A DNA stretch of 56,711 nt, taken from contig JAAXGV010000096.1 of the NCBI GenBank assembly GCA_012271185.1, positions 1 through 56,711 of the forward strand, written 5' to 3'. Shown here piece after piece: positions 1 through 10,325 of the stretch. Each line of letters begins with the position of its first letter. Within the stretch, counting starts at the first letter, position 1. This stretch comes from Rhodothermales bacterium. GTDB taxonomy: Bacteria > Bacteroidota > Rhodothermia > Rhodothermales > Bin80. Below the pieces are notes generated by a model. It was given only the letters and a program-made list of their open reading frames with translations, did not search any database and was not told the origin of the DNA. Position numbers and translations under genes: made by a program.

Positions 1-30
1 ACTGAGATATTTATAACGTCATTATCAACC

Positions 31-198
31 ATGGCCGAGCAGAGAAGCAGCACTGCGTCAGCTCTCCGGCTTTTCCTCCAAGAAGATGAGTGCCTGAGCA
101 CGCGCAGGGTGTATGGAAACAACAGCCCCGAGGCAAGGCTCGCTTGCCGGGAAGCCAAACGGCTTGGGTCACAGCTGGAAGAGATCCTCGCCTACTGA
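31..198 (+). CDS. possible small ORF (55 aa), unknown function
   Basis: ATG at 31 and TGA at 196-198. It falls below the 60-aa cutoff of the ORF track. Third codon positions are G/C-enriched by eye, and an AT-rich stretch lies upstream. No recognisable motif. Confidence 0.2.
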   Translation: MAEQRSSTASALRLFLQEDECLSTRRVYGNNSPEARLACREAKRLGSQLEEILAY

Positions 199-394
199 GC
201 ATCCGGCCAGCTTGAAAAATGTCCTGCTCCGCTCCATTACGTCAGCAGATAGCTCGCCAGTTTGTAGCCTGCGCTGTGAGCTATTGCAAAAGGAAGGTCG
301 GTTGGACACATCCTTCATACTAATCGGGCATCCAGTTCCTGCCTGCGATGGGTCCTGGGGGCCCTTGCTGCGGACAATTTCGGCCACACCATGG

Positions 395-1952
395 TTAATT
401 CTCCAGCTGGCGGGTAACCTGGGCCCAGTTGTTATGCAGCTGGACTGCAACATCGTCCAATCCAGACGGGTACAGCCCTGACTCATCGATTTCAATTTGC
501 GTTACCCCCGAGCCTTCATCATGTCGTCCTGGCTCGAACAGCCATACCCCGACCTGATGCTTCTCCAGCGCAAGATCACTGCCGTCAATCCCAGCTCGAC
601 CCGACTCTGGTAGCGACGACAACCTGACAAGGTTTGCGAGTTCCTCCAGCACCCAGCCGCTGTGTGTCATTACAATCATATGAATGCCTGCCTTGATCAT
701 TGCTGCAAGTTGACGCATCAATTGGACCTGCATGGCGGGGTGCAGATGAGCTTCAGGCTCCTCGATGATCAAAACATCACCCGGATTCACCACGTGCCGA
801 AGGTGCAGCACCACCGGAGCAAGCTCCGACACCATTGAAGACGTATTCACAAGTGGCAACTTACTCTCCCAATCCTTCGGCCGATAAGCAAGACGCGGAT
901 ATTGATATTCGGGAGGATCGGCAGGGTCCATGAGTATGGAACCGCCCAATATTATCTCTTCAATCTGCGAGCAAATGGCAGCTATGGAGCGGTGCGTGCG
1001 GTGTGGAGACAGAAAACGTTCAGGATCGCCCAGTGTAATCAACTCTTGCAGAAAATCCACCACAATACCTTGGAATAGTGGTATAAGTGAAAGTGCTCCA
1101 GGCGACGCTTGGCTAAAAGCTCCGCCTGCTATCGCTCTGTATACATGCGCCAGCCCGATCAGCAGGGAGATAATAGGCAGGAGATGCAAAATAACTGTAA
1201 ACATTTGCCAGCATCTCCTCAGACAGGTCGTGCAAAAGAGAAAAACCCATCTCACGGGGAATACTATTCTGCTGCATTGGAGAAATCCTGTGGAAAGTCC
1301 TGCTCATTTCGTGAGCCCTGATCCATGCCTCCAGCCCTTTCAGCTTCATCGGTATCGTTTTTGCAGGCTTGAACTCTGCGCCCTTCGCCCCCAATTCCCA
1401 TTGGTGTTCAAGCGGCCTTGACAGACCAGCGCATGGCGTGCGTATAACAATGTCCGCACGCCCCGACGCATTTTTCCGAATCAAGGCTGCCGCTTCAAGG
1501 CCGAAACATCGAGTTATTTCATATCCAAAATCGTCTCCATCCACTTCATAAAGCGCTTGCTGGATAAGAGATGCCACTGCTGCCGGAAGAATGAGGTCAC
1601 TCGAGGGTTCCGCCTCAAACTCAGTATACACCTCGACCAGCTTGGTCATGCCCTCGCGGGCATCCTGCACAGCCTTGCTCTCGCTCTCCCCGTTCGCGAG
1701 CAAAGATCTGGCTCTGGCATGGATGCTTCGCGCCAGTCCTCCCCTGCCAAGGTACTGGTGCAGTGCGTAGATCAGTCTGGCTAAGCAAGACTTTCCGGTG
1801 TTGCTGGGACCGATAAACACTGACAGCGGACGCAGATCGAGCACTGCCTTCCCGATAGGCCCGAAGTCCGTCACTTCAAGCCGCAGCGGTGCCCTGCCGC
1901 GCTGCTCTGTTACGCCGGGCTTCTCATGTCCGGATTCCGTTATTCTACTCAC
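395..1952 (-). pseudogene. ABC-type (AAA_15/AAA_21-like) ATPase interrupted by a frameshift
   Basis: ORF 1113..1952 carries Walker A (FIGPSNTGKS) and ends just after YYLPADRAG. ORF 395..1255, in another frame, continues with AHVYRAIAGG, then Walker B/D-loop (VLIIEEPEAHLHP) and the H-loop (VMTHS). The two frames overlap at 1113-1255, and the shift is near 1145-1160. Confidence 0.7.
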
Positions 1953-1989
1953 GTGCAGACAGGCTGCGGCCCAGTTTTTATCTCCACTC

Positions 1990-2540
1990 TACGTGCTGGC
2001 TTATCGGTTTGCTCCGCCAGCCAGGTACCAGCTGTGTTGTGGCTGATCTTTTGCTGCGTGGGGACAGGAGGAGTTTCTGGTGGTCAGCGAGATTTGCGCG
2101 TCAGGCAACCGCTCTATCGGGCGTTAGGCTGCCTGCCGGAGAAGCGCGGGTCTGGCACCTTTGCGGAGGAGGCGTGCCGCGAGCTCTATGCGGAAAGCCG
2201 GGAGCATCCGGGGGGATGTATTCCCAGATGATGATGGTGGGGTGCCTGGAAGGAGTCGGCACACCGCGGGGGCCTGGCAGCGGCTCTCGCTGTGCTCGCA
2301 GGACATGCCCGCCTCACTGTGCTGAGCTTTTTCCGTCGCCCTTTGGGCTTTTTCTCCTGATCGTCAGCTTTCCAACCGCAGGATCCGTTCCGGACACAAA
2401 CGCATCCTCGTCCCGGCGCTGGTGCCTCTCTTTTTCCTGGCACGCTGGAAATCCATTTCTTTCACGGACTGCCAGAGACCGGTTAGCTCCAGGGAGGCGA
2501 AGTCTACGGCCATTATTCGCAGGCGGTGATATGTGACATA
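1990..2540 (+). repeat. decayed IS5-family-like fragments (members of a dispersed repeat family)
   Basis: 2070-2185 aligns by eye with 3415-3525 (TTCTGGTGG.CAGCGA.AT..GCGCGTCAGGCAA ... CACCTTTGC..AGGAG...TGCCGCG). 2340-2540 aligns with 27900-28045 and 49440-49560 (CGGCGCTGGTGCCTCT...CACGCTG.AAA.CC..TTTCTT.CACGGAC). Stop codons are present in every frame. Confidence 0.4.
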
Positions 2541-2662
2541 CAGACGGGGCTGGTATCGCACATACTTTTCCTGCTCCCAGAGACCTCCTTTCGTGGACAC
2601 TGTACACACCTTGCACCCTTTTGAGGTGCAATAAAGAGTTGCATCTGAAACTGTTCGAGGCG

Positions 2663-3127
2663 CTAACCCGCAGGCACTTCGAGGCTGGCCGAATGCGCGC
2701 CTACGCCCTGTTCTTCAGGTCGCGCTTCATCCCAAGGGCTCGGGCTCAGCCTCCCTTCGATCCTGGCGAGACGACTGTCGAGATTTGATAGGCCCGTAGC
2801 TACCTTGTCGATGCGGCCATTCACCTGGTCGATGCGGCCGCCCAGGTCAGAGGCCACACGGTCGATGCGGCCGCCCAGGTCAGAGGCCACACGGTCGATG
2901 CGGCCATTCACTTGGTCGATGCGGCCATTTACCTGATCGATGCGGCCGCCCAAGTCCTTACGCAAGTCCGTGGCCACCTGGTCAATGCGGTTACTCACAC
3001 GATCGATGCGCTTGGTCTGTCCAGCGTGCATGCGCCAGAGCATCGTACCGAGTAAAATCACCAACGTCAGGACACCGCCTGCGGTGGTGAGAAGGAGCTC
3101 AAGCAGCCCGATCGAGTCTGGATTCAT
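2663..3127 (-). CDS. N-terminally membrane-anchored coiled-coil protein with GRID(Q/R)V repeats
   Basis: 154 aa counted from the ATG at 3127. There is one N-terminal TM helix (LLELLLTTAGGVLTLVILLGTMLW), followed by 7- and 11-residue repeats (GRIDQVN / GRIDRVASDLG). No catalytic motif. Confidence 0.6.
   Translation of the reverse strand: MNPDSIGLLELLLTTAGGVLTLVILLGTMLWRMHAGQTKRIDRVSNRIDQVATDLRKDLGGRIDQVNGRIDQVNGRIDRVASDLGGRIDRVASDLGGRIDQVNGRIDKVATGLSNLDSRLARIEGRLSPSPWDEARPEEQGVGAHSASLEVPAG
2800..3012. repeat. in-frame tandem 21/33-nt repeats inside CDS 2663..3127
   Basis: GTCGATGCGGCC recurs at 2807, 2828, 2861, 2894 and 2915, with variants at 2936, 2980 and 3001. The spacings are 21 or 33 nt. 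One 33-mer is duplicated exactly at 2840-2872 and 2873-2905. Confidence 0.85.
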
Positions 3128-3282
3128 GACAGGCAAGATACGGTTTTTCCGATACGCACGCGCATCCCGCAGGGTTCAGGGTCGTGTACTTCTGAACATC
3201 ATTTCTGGTTCTCTCCATGCTTGTATGGAGAGACGGCGGCTTGTCTGGCAGCCCGCGGATAAAGCCGCTGGTGTAGCATGAC

Positions 3283-3755
3283 ATGTTCCGGAGCGGGGGC
3301 GATATGTTGCTTCGGGTTACATCAGCTCGTGAGGGCAATCATGGGGAAGAGAGCTCGACATTGGCGACGGTTTATCGGTTTATCACTGTGCGCATGCTGG
3401 GCCAAGGGACGGCAGTCGGCGCTGTTTCTGGTGGCCAGCGAAATCCGCGCGTCAGGCAATCCGTTTTTTCAGGCGCTGGCGAAGCACGAGTTTGACACCT
3501 TTGCAAAGGAGACATGCCGCGGGTTCCATTGCTTCCAGCCCTCCTTGCGGGGGAGCGCGTCCTACATTTATCAAGGTCCAGCGTTGTTTTGCTCACAGGG
3601 TCGCCGTCTGGGTTTGTGGGGTTTCCGTCATTCGCGACCTGCCTGCAGGCGGTGGCCTTCTCACCGGAACAGCAAGTCAGGACACAACCGCCTGCCAGGA
3701 CCTTGACGCAGGAAACATAGCGCGGGGCGCACTATTTTCACCACAGTTTACCTGA
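3283..3755 (+). pseudogene. IS5-family transposase remnant (internal part, multiple frameshifts)
   Basis: Scattered over shifted frames are GGDMLLRV...EES (compare E.MLRI...EEAL), RRFIGLSL (compare RRFAGL.L), ALAKHEF (compare LLEKHEL), and VIRD...AGNIARG (compare ivDAT...KGNqwyfG). There is no intact ORF. Confidence 0.4.
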
Positions 3756-3791
3756 AGCATCGCCTCTGCACTCTATAATCAGCCGGATGTC

Positions 3792-5888
3792 ATGCGTATC
3801 GCGCTTGTTTCGCTGCTGTTCTGCCTCGCAATCCCAGCCCGGGCTCAGGAGGCTGACACAGCCCGATCCTATGCCCTGGAGAGCATCATTGTCACCGCTG
3901 ACCGCTCAGAAAGCATGCTTTCCAGGTCCACGGGCGCTGTGTCTGTCCTTACGGCCGGCGAGCTCCGCCGGCTGCCTGGCGTCGCCAGGCTGGGGGATGC
4001 CCTGAGGCACATGCCGGGGTTCGCCATGCTCAATCTGGACGGACAGGGGTTTGACCCCCAAGCCACGGTACGGGGCTTCTACGGCGGTGGCGAGACCGAA
4101 TACGTCCTGGTTCTCCTGGATGGGCACCCTGTAAATAATATGGAGATGGGTCTGGTCAACTGGAGTCAGATTCCGCTATCAGCCATCGAGTCCATTGAGG
4201 TGGTCCGCGGCGGTGCTTCATCGCTGTACGGGGACGCGGCGGTGGGAGGCGTGCTGAACGTCGTCACCAACAGGCAGGCGGAAAAAGCCGCAGCACAGCT
4301 CTCGCTTTCAGCAGGTTCGTTCGGAACATACCTGGGCGAGGCATCCGCGCACGCTACGGTCAGGGACAGACCCTTCTCAGCGTTTGCCAGCCTGCTGCAG
4401 ACCGAAGGGTTCAGAGAGCATGCTGCGAGAAAGGCCGGCAGCATGGGCGCTTCGCTGGGAGTCCTGGAAGGCGAAACCTACAGGGTGACGCTTTCAGGGC
4501 TGGGACACTGGCGTCAGTACGACATTCCCGGCCCGCTGACACGTGACGAGGCTGGCATGTCACGCACACAGATGTCGCCATTCTTCCGGTTTGACAACGT
4601 GGATGAGCGCACCATGCTGCTGACCCTGGATGGTCGCGGCACGCTGTCTGAATCTTCAGTGCTGCGCGTCTCTGCAAGCAGCGAATGGCGAAGCAGCGAC
4701 ATCGTCCGCACCCTGCCGCTGGCTGCAGCCTTTGCCGACACGAAGGGGCGTGAGGTCAGCACGACACGCTTCTTCGTGTCGGCGCAACTGGCCATGCAAG
4801 GCCTTGCCATAGACACGGACAGACTGACCTTTGGCGCCGAAGGCAGGTTCGGGGCGCTTGATAACGTGTACTACAACATGCTTACCGGCTCGGCGGCTGA
4901 GTATGCGGCGTACGCTGGCGACTGGGGTGAAGTAAGCACATCCGGCCAAGGCGACCGGCAGACCATGGCAGGCTATGCACAGTACCGGCTTGACCCCCTC
5001 CCAAGGCTGCGCATCACGCTGGGTGGGCGCTACGATACCATAAATGACAGCTATACAGCTGCCGAAGGCCAGAAAGTCAGCGCATCGCATACCGCCTTCA
5101 GCCCGAAGGTGGGAGTGAACCTGGCGTTTATCCGCTCCGCCAGACACGTTGGACACGTGTACGCCAACTACCTGGGCATCTTCAAGGCTGCAACGCTGGA
5201 CCAGCTCTACGACCAGCGAATACTGCCGGTGCCATTTCCGCCCTACGGGATCACTATTTCCAACAGCGAGCTGAAGCCGCAGCGCGGCACCTCATACGAG
5301 ATGGGTCTGTACCACCGCGCCGTGATGTCCAGCATACTGGCCGGCGAGCTCACACTGTCTGTCTACCAGGTTGATATGACGGATGAGCTGGATTTCTCCT
5401 TTGAGACGTTCAGCTATGCCAACATCGCCGCCAGCAGGCACTCGGGCCTGGAAAGCGGCCTGCGCCTCTACATCGGTGACCGCGCTACTGCGCACACCAA
5501 CTATACGCTCCAGAACGTCACATACGAGGAGGGCGCCAACAAGGGCAACTTTGTAAAAGGAATCCCCAGAGACTATCTCAACCTGGGTATCAGCGCCAGC
5601 CTGACAAGGGATGTTGCTGTGGGCGTGGTGCTGCATTCCACGGCACGCATATACCTGGATGATGCCAACACGATGCCACTGGACGACTATGTCACACTGG
5701 ATGCGACGCTCTCGTACCGATGGCATCCGGCCCGGAGCGTGATCAAGCTCGAATCACTCAACCTGCTGAACGCATCCTATAGCTCAACAGGCTTTCCGGA
5801 TCCTGACAGCGAGTCCGGCTCCGGCGTCGTATTCCTGTACCCGGCAGCGGGGCGCTCCGTGCGCCTTGGTGTGACGGTAACACTATAG
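3792..5888 (+). CDS. TonB-dependent outer-membrane receptor
   Basis: 698 aa with a signal peptide (MRIALVSLLFCLAIPARAQ) and plug-domain motifs (IIVTADRSE, VVRGGASSLYG). A long beta-barrel region follows. Confidence 0.9.
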   Translation: MRIALVSLLFCLAIPARAQEADTARSYALESIIVTADRSESMLSRSTGAVSVLTAGELRRLPGVARLGDALRHMPGFAMLNLDGQGFDPQATVRGFYGGGETEYVLVLLDGHPVNNMEMGLVNWSQIPLSAIESIEVVRGGASSLYGDAAVGGVLNVVTNRQAEKAAAQLSLSAGSFGTYLGEASAHATVRDRPFSAFASLLQTEGFREHAARKAGSMGASLGVLEGETYRVTLSGLGHWRQYDIPGPLTRDEAGMSRTQMSPFFRFDNVDERTMLLTLDGRGTLSESSVLRVSASSEWRSSDIVRTLPLAAAFADTKGREVSTTRFFVSAQLAMQGLAIDTDRLTFGAEGRFGALDNVYYNMLTGSAAEYAAYAGDWGEVSTSGQGDRQTMAGYAQYRLDPLPRLRITLGGRYDTINDSYTAAEGQKVSASHTAFSPKVGVNLAFIRSARHVGHVYANYLGIFKAATLDQLYDQRILPVPFPPYGITISNSELKPQRGTSYEMGLYHRAVMSSILAGELTLSVYQVDMTDELDFSFETFSYANIAASRHSGLESGLRLYIGDRATAHTNYTLQNVTYEEGANKGNFVKGIPRDYLNLGISASLTRDVAVGVVLHSTARIYLDDANTMPLDDYVTLDATLSYRWHPARSVIKLESLNLLNASYSSTGFPDPDSESGSGVVFLYPAAGRSVRLGVTVTL

Positions 5889-5891
5889 ATC

Positions 5892-6251
5892 ATGGGTACG
5901 CAGGTCCTTGCAGTGCTGAACGGTGTGATGGCGGCAGCTTTTGCGGTGTTCGCCGTTTTGCAGCTCAATGACCCCGATCCCATGTACTGGACCACCTTCT
6001 ATGCGCTGGGATCACTGGCCTGCGTGTTGTTCCATCTGAAGCGGCTACCGTCCGCCGCAGCCGGAAGCTATGCCGCCTTTTGTGGCGTGCTGGCGCTGCT
6101 GTGGACCATCCTGGCGGCTATCGGCCAGACACTGCCCGGCGCAATCCAAGGCATGGCGTATGAGGAAGAAAAAGAGATATCCGGCTTCCTCCTCGTAGGT
6201 GTCTGGATGGCTGTGCTGTATGTTCGCGCCAGGCATTCAGAGAGGTCGTAG
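5892..6251 (+). CDS. small 4-TM membrane protein (TMEM220-like)
   Basis: 119 aa with four hydrophobic helices and a QLNDPDPMYW motif after TM1. It starts 4 nt after the receptor stop. Confidence 0.6.
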   Translation: MGTQVLAVLNGVMAAAFAVFAVLQLNDPDPMYWTTFYALGSLACVLFHLKRLPSAAAGSYAAFCGVLALLWTILAAIGQTLPGAIQGMAYEEEKEISGFLLVGVWMAVLYVRARHSERS

Positions 6252-6255
6252 CATC

Positions 6256-7983
6256 CTACGGAAGCTTCTCGTATAGCACATCGCCCCCAACGATCGTGTA
6301 GAGCACTTCGGCGTTCCGGATCTCCTCTTCGGGCACCGTCAGGATATCGCGGGAGAGCACCACAATGTCCGCAAGCTTGCCAGGCGTGAGCGAACCCTTC
6401 AGGTCCTCTTCAAAGGCGGCGTAGGCATTGTTGATGGTGTAGGATACCAGCGTCTGCTCCCTGGTCAACCGCTGATCCTCGTAGAAGATGGAGCCATCGC
6501 TGAGGCGGCGTGACACTGTGGCATAGAAGCTGGCGATCGGATCAACATCTTCTACCGGTGCATCGGTGCCGTTGGTGACGACTGCACCGGATTGCCAGAG
6601 CTTCTGCCAGACATATGCGCCTTCTTCAGCTCTTTCTTCGCCCAGCCGGCGATACACCCACGGCCCGTCTGATGTGGCGTGTACGCCCTGCATGGAGGCG
6701 ATCACACCCAAGGCGCCAAAACGGGGTATGTCATCGGCGCTAAGGTGCTGGGCATGCTCAATGCGCCAGCGCAGGTCCGAGCCTTCGTCCGTTGTGGCAT
6801 ACGCCCGCTCAAAGATGTCCAGCACCTCGCGGTTTGCTTTGTCACCAATGGCGTGGATGTTCACCTGAAATCCGTGTCGCAGAGCAACCACCGCCGTACG
6901 CGCAATCTCGTCAGAGTCCACGGTCTGCAGGCCGATGCTTTCGGGCTTGTCGCTGTAAGGAGCAAGGAGCCATGCGCCGTGCGATCCCAAGGCACCGTCA
7001 ATGGACCGCTTGACGCTGCGCACAGTAAGGAAGTTGTTGCCATATCCCACCATGCGGTGATCTGCCAGGTTTTCCGCCAGCCTCTCGGAGCTGGAACGGA
7101 TCATCACGTAAAGCCGCACGGGCAGCGCCCCCTCATCGGCGAGCATCCTGTAAAAGCGGACGGTTTCAAAGCCCACACCTGCGTCGTGAAACGACGTGAT
7201 TCCCTTCGACAGGCACTCTTCCGCTGCCAGCCGTGCCTGCTCGCGACGCTCGGCATCCCGTTCTTCCGGTGTCATGCGCGCCCGGCTTTGTGCCAGCGCC
7301 GCTTCAATCAGGCCTGCGGCAGTCTCTCGGAACAGGCCGGTAAGTTCGCCGCGGGCATCACGGATAATCTCGCCACCGCTGGGGTTCGGTGTTTCCGGGC
7401 TGACACCGGCTTCGCGCATCGCAGCCCGGTTGGCGAACGCTGCATGCCCGCTGGCGTGTCCCAGCAGCACAGGATTCTCCGGCGACGCGTCGCTGAGCTC
7501 GTGGTGGGTGGGGACGCCTTCCACAGACCCGACAGGCACGGACTCCCACTTTTCCTGATGCCAGCCGCGTCCGGTGACCCACTCACCAGGCTCAGCTTCT
7601 GCGGCAGCCTCCCGCACCATCTCCACAATCTCATCCCAGCTCTTGACCGCAGTCAGGTCCAGGATGCGCCTGGCTTCGCCCAGCCCCATGTAGTGGCCGT
7701 GGCCTTCGATGAAGCCAGGAACAGCCAGCCGCCCCTCAAGGTCAATGACGCGCGTTTCTGCGCCGATCATGGCGCTGACTTTTTCGGTTGAGCCAACAGC
7801 CACGATGGTGTCGCCAGCGACAGCCAGTGCCTCAGCTGCAGGCATCAGCGAGTCCGCTGTTACGATCTTGCCGTTGATAAGCACGAGCCGCACCTCGGGC
7901 TCCTGTGTGACGGTGCAGCCTGCAACAACGAGCAGGACAAGCACGGTGCTGATGAAGGCCGGCCGGACAGAGAGCATATGCAT
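6256..7983 (-). CDS. amidohydrolase-family metallohydrolase (lipoprotein)
   Basis: 575 aa with a lipobox-like signal (LVVAGCT). Metal-ligand motifs are EGHGHYMG, NIHAIGD and GTDAPVE. Confidence 0.85.
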   Translation of the reverse strand: MHMLSVRPAFISTVLVLLVVAGCTVTQEPEVRLVLINGKIVTADSLMPAAEALAVAGDTIVAVGSTEKVSAMIGAETRVIDLEGRLAVPGFIEGHGHYMGLGEARRILDLTAVKSWDEIVEMVREAAAEAEPGEWVTGRGWHQEKWESVPVGSVEGVPTHHELSDASPENPVLLGHASGHAAFANRAAMREAGVSPETPNPSGGEIIRDARGELTGLFRETAAGLIEAALAQSRARMTPEERDAERREQARLAAEECLSKGITSFHDAGVGFETVRFYRMLADEGALPVRLYVMIRSSSERLAENLADHRMVGYGNNFLTVRSVKRSIDGALGSHGAWLLAPYSDKPESIGLQTVDSDEIARTAVVALRHGFQVNIHAIGDKANREVLDIFERAYATTDEGSDLRWRIEHAQHLSADDIPRFGALGVIASMQGVHATSDGPWVYRRLGEERAEEGAYVWQKLWQSGAVVTNGTDAPVEDVDPIASFYATVSRRLSDGSIFYEDQRLTREQTLVSYTINNAYAAFEEDLKGSLTPGKLADIVVLSRDILTVPEEEIRNAEVLYTIVGGDVLYEKLP

Positions 7984-8087
7984 GGTGATGAAAGGATCTG
8001 GACAGGAATCATGTCAAAGTACGGCATGATCAGGAACAGGGTACAAAGGTTTGTATCTTGGCAGCATAAACGTTTAACGAAATTGCA

Positions 8088-8468
8088 ATGGCAACCTTTC
8101 CAACCGCAACGTTGCACCGCTGGGCAGACATACCCGTTGAGGAGCTCAAAGCAGGCCTGGGGCGACGCCTGATCACGGGCGAGCGCATGATGATAGCGCA
8201 CGTTTATCTGGACAAAGGCAGCGTCGTGCCGTGGCACAGCCATGACAACGAGCAGCTGACCTACCTGCTAAAGGGAGCGCTCCGATTCTTTCTGGGCAGC
8301 CAGGACGCCCCGCAGGAGGTAGTTGTGCATGAAGGCGAGGTTCTGGTGATACCGTCGAACCTGCCGCACAAGGCCGTAGCCGAGGAAGACACGCTGGATG
8401 TGGACATCTTCTGTCCGCCACGCACGGACTGGCTGGACGGCTCGGACGCCTACATCCGCGAGAGTTAA
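8088..8468 (+). CDS. cupin-domain protein
   Basis: 126 aa with cupin motifs (WHSHDNEQLTYLLKG and GEVLVIPSNLPH). Confidence 0.75.
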   Translation: MATFPTATLHRWADIPVEELKAGLGRRLITGERMMIAHVYLDKGSVVPWHSHDNEQLTYLLKGALRFFLGSQDAPQEVVVHEGEVLVIPSNLPHKAVAEEDTLDVDIFCPPRTDWLDGSDAYIRES

Positions 8469-8483
8469 AGCATATCCAGCGCC

Positions 8484-10325
8484 ATGAAGTACTGCTGCCT
8501 GCTAATACTGGCCTTGCCGTTCTGCGCCCAGGCCCAGGACACCGTTCCTGCCTGGTCCCATGACGCGATCTGGTACCAGATCTTTGTTGAGCGCTTCCGC
8601 AACGGGGATCCTGGCAATGATCCTGCGCTGCACGACATGGAAGGAGCCTGGCCTTTCCTCACGCCGGAAGGGTGGGCACCAACGCCATGGACGCAGGACT
8701 GGTACCGGCAGGAGGACTGGGCCAAGGCCAGCGGCGAACCCTTCTATCACACAGTGCAGATGCGGCGTTACGGGGGCGACCTGCAGGGTGTGCTCGACAA
8801 GCTGGACTACCTGGAAGACCTTGGTGTTACAGCGCTGTACTTCAACCCCATCAATGACTCGCCGTCCCTGCACAAGTATGATGCGCGAAGCTATCGGCAT
8901 GTGGACCGCAACTTCGGGCCTGATCCGCGGGGCGACGAAGCCATAGCGGCCGCAGAAACCGCCGCGGATCCGGCCACATGGCAATGGACCGCCGCGGACA
9001 GCCTGTTTCTGGTGCTCATCAAGGCCGTTCATGAGCGCGGAATGCGCATCATCATGGACTATTCGTGGAACCACACGGGCAGCACCTTCTGGGCCTGGAC
9101 AGATGTGCTGGACAAGCAGCAGGCGTCGCCATACGCCACCTGGTATGACATCGTCTCGTTTGACGATCCGGCCACGCCCGACACCAACGAGTTTTTTTAC
9201 CACGGCTGGGTCGGTGTCAAGACGCTGCCGGAAACACGCGAAGTTGGCACGGGCGGCAAGACGCGGGGCGTCTTTGAGGGCAATCTGGATCCATCTTTTG
9301 CCAGCCATGTCTATGCCGTGACGCGGCGGTGGATGGACCCCAATGGCGACGGAGACCCGTCGGATGGTGTTGACGGGTTCAGGCTTGATGTAGCTGAAAG
9401 TGTGCCCTTCGGGTTCTGGCGCGACTTCCGGCGCTTTGTGCGTGACATCAACCCCGAGGCCTACCTGGTGGGTGAAGTGTGGTGGACGGAGTTTCCACAC
9501 CACATGACGGACCCCGCGCCTTGGCTAGAGGGTGATGTCTTTGATGCGGTCATGAACTACCGCTGGTATATGCCTACGCGCAGCTTTTTTGCGAAGACCC
9601 CACCCCACCTGACTGCGACTGGCTACGTGGCCCATCTTGATTCGCTGCAGCGTGGCATCGGGCCGGACTTTATCAAGGCCATGATGAATCTCGGGGCAAG
9701 CCATGACACGCCGCGCCTAGGCACGTCACTCTACAATGGCGGGCTTTACAAGTACCGGCAAAGCCCCAGGGGCAACCCCGACCACAAGATCGATCGTCCG
9801 GATGCGCGAATCGATGAGATTCGCATCATGGTGCTCCTGCAGCAGTACACCTATCCAGGGGCTCCGCATATCTGGATGGGCGACGAGGTAGGCATGTGGG
9901 GCAGTGACGATCCAGATCCGCGCAAGCCCATACTGTGGGCAGACCTCGCCTACGAAGACGAAACCACTCATCCCATGGGGCGGGAGCGCCGTCATGACAA
10001 GGTGGCGCCAGACATGACGCTGCACAGCATATACAGGAAGCTGATAGCACTGCGCAAGCAGTACATGCGTTTGTTCGCTGACGGCGATCTGAACTACCTG
10101 GTGACCGATGATGCCAGGCGGCTCCTGGGCTATGAGAGGGTGCTGGGTACACAGCGGGCCATCGTCCTGTTCAATGCTTCCGATGCTGCGCATGAATTCA
10201 CAGTACCCGCTGCTAACGGAACGTACCAGCGCGTTTTTCCGGACTCCATGACACAGGTGGTACAACACGGCCAGTTGACAGTAGCAATGCAGCCACGTAC
10301 CGGATTGCTGTGGATCATGGAATAG
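8484..10325 (+). CDS. secreted GH13 alpha-amylase-family glycosidase
   Basis: 613 aa with a signal peptide. GH13 conserved regions are present: DYSWNHTG, GVDGFRLDVAES, YLVGEVW and LGASHDTPR. Confidence 0.9.
   Translation: MKYCCLLILALPFCAQAQDTVPAWSHDAIWYQIFVERFRNGDPGNDPALHDMEGAWPFLTPEGWAPTPWTQDWYRQEDWAKASGEPFYHTVQMRRYGGDLQGVLDKLDYLEDLGVTALYFNPINDSPSLHKYDARSYRHVDRNFGPDPRGDEAIAAAETAADPATWQWTAADSLFLVLIKAVHERGMRIIMDYSWNHTGSTFWAWTDVLDKQQASPYATWYDIVSFDDPATPDTNEFFYHGWVGVKTLPETREVGTGGKTRGVFEGNLDPSFASHVYAVTRRWMDPNGDGDPSDGVDGFRLDVAESVPFGFWRDFRRFVRDINPEAYLVGEVWWTEFPHHMTDPAPWLEGDVFDAVMNYRWYMPTRSFFAKTPPHLTATGYVAHLDSLQRGIGPDFIKAMMNLGASHDTPRLGTSLYNGGLYKYRQSPRGNPDHKIDRPDARIDEIRIMVLLQQYTYPGAPHIWMGDEVGMWGSDDPDPRKPILWADLAYEDETTHPMGRERRHDKVAPDMTLHSIYRKLIALRKQYMRLFADGDLNYLVTDDARRLLGYERVLGTQRAIVLFNASDAAHEFTVPAANGTYQRVFPDSMTQVVQHGQLTVAMQPRTGLLWIME

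Noticed and set aside
2150-2170. TGGCAC-containing strings (also near 2438, 15310, 31545, 31890 and 48620) checked as sigma-54 promoters, because rpoN is in the window.
   Set aside because: None has the TTGC(A/T) element at the required spacing after the GG.
2800-3012. Regularly spaced short repeats that might be mistaken for a CRISPR array.
   Set aside because: The units are 21/33 nt and contiguous with no spacers. They are in frame within a 154-aa ORF and encode a periodic peptide.
3415-3790. Possible cobalamin riboswitch upstream of the TonB-dependent receptor (GGTGGCCAGCGAAATCC..., AAGTCAGGACACAACCGCCTGCC).
   Set aside because: The conserved B12-box and the CCCGC..ACTG core are absent. 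The same sequence recurs at 2070-2185 away from any transporter, and it is better explained as an IS5-family pseudogene fragment.
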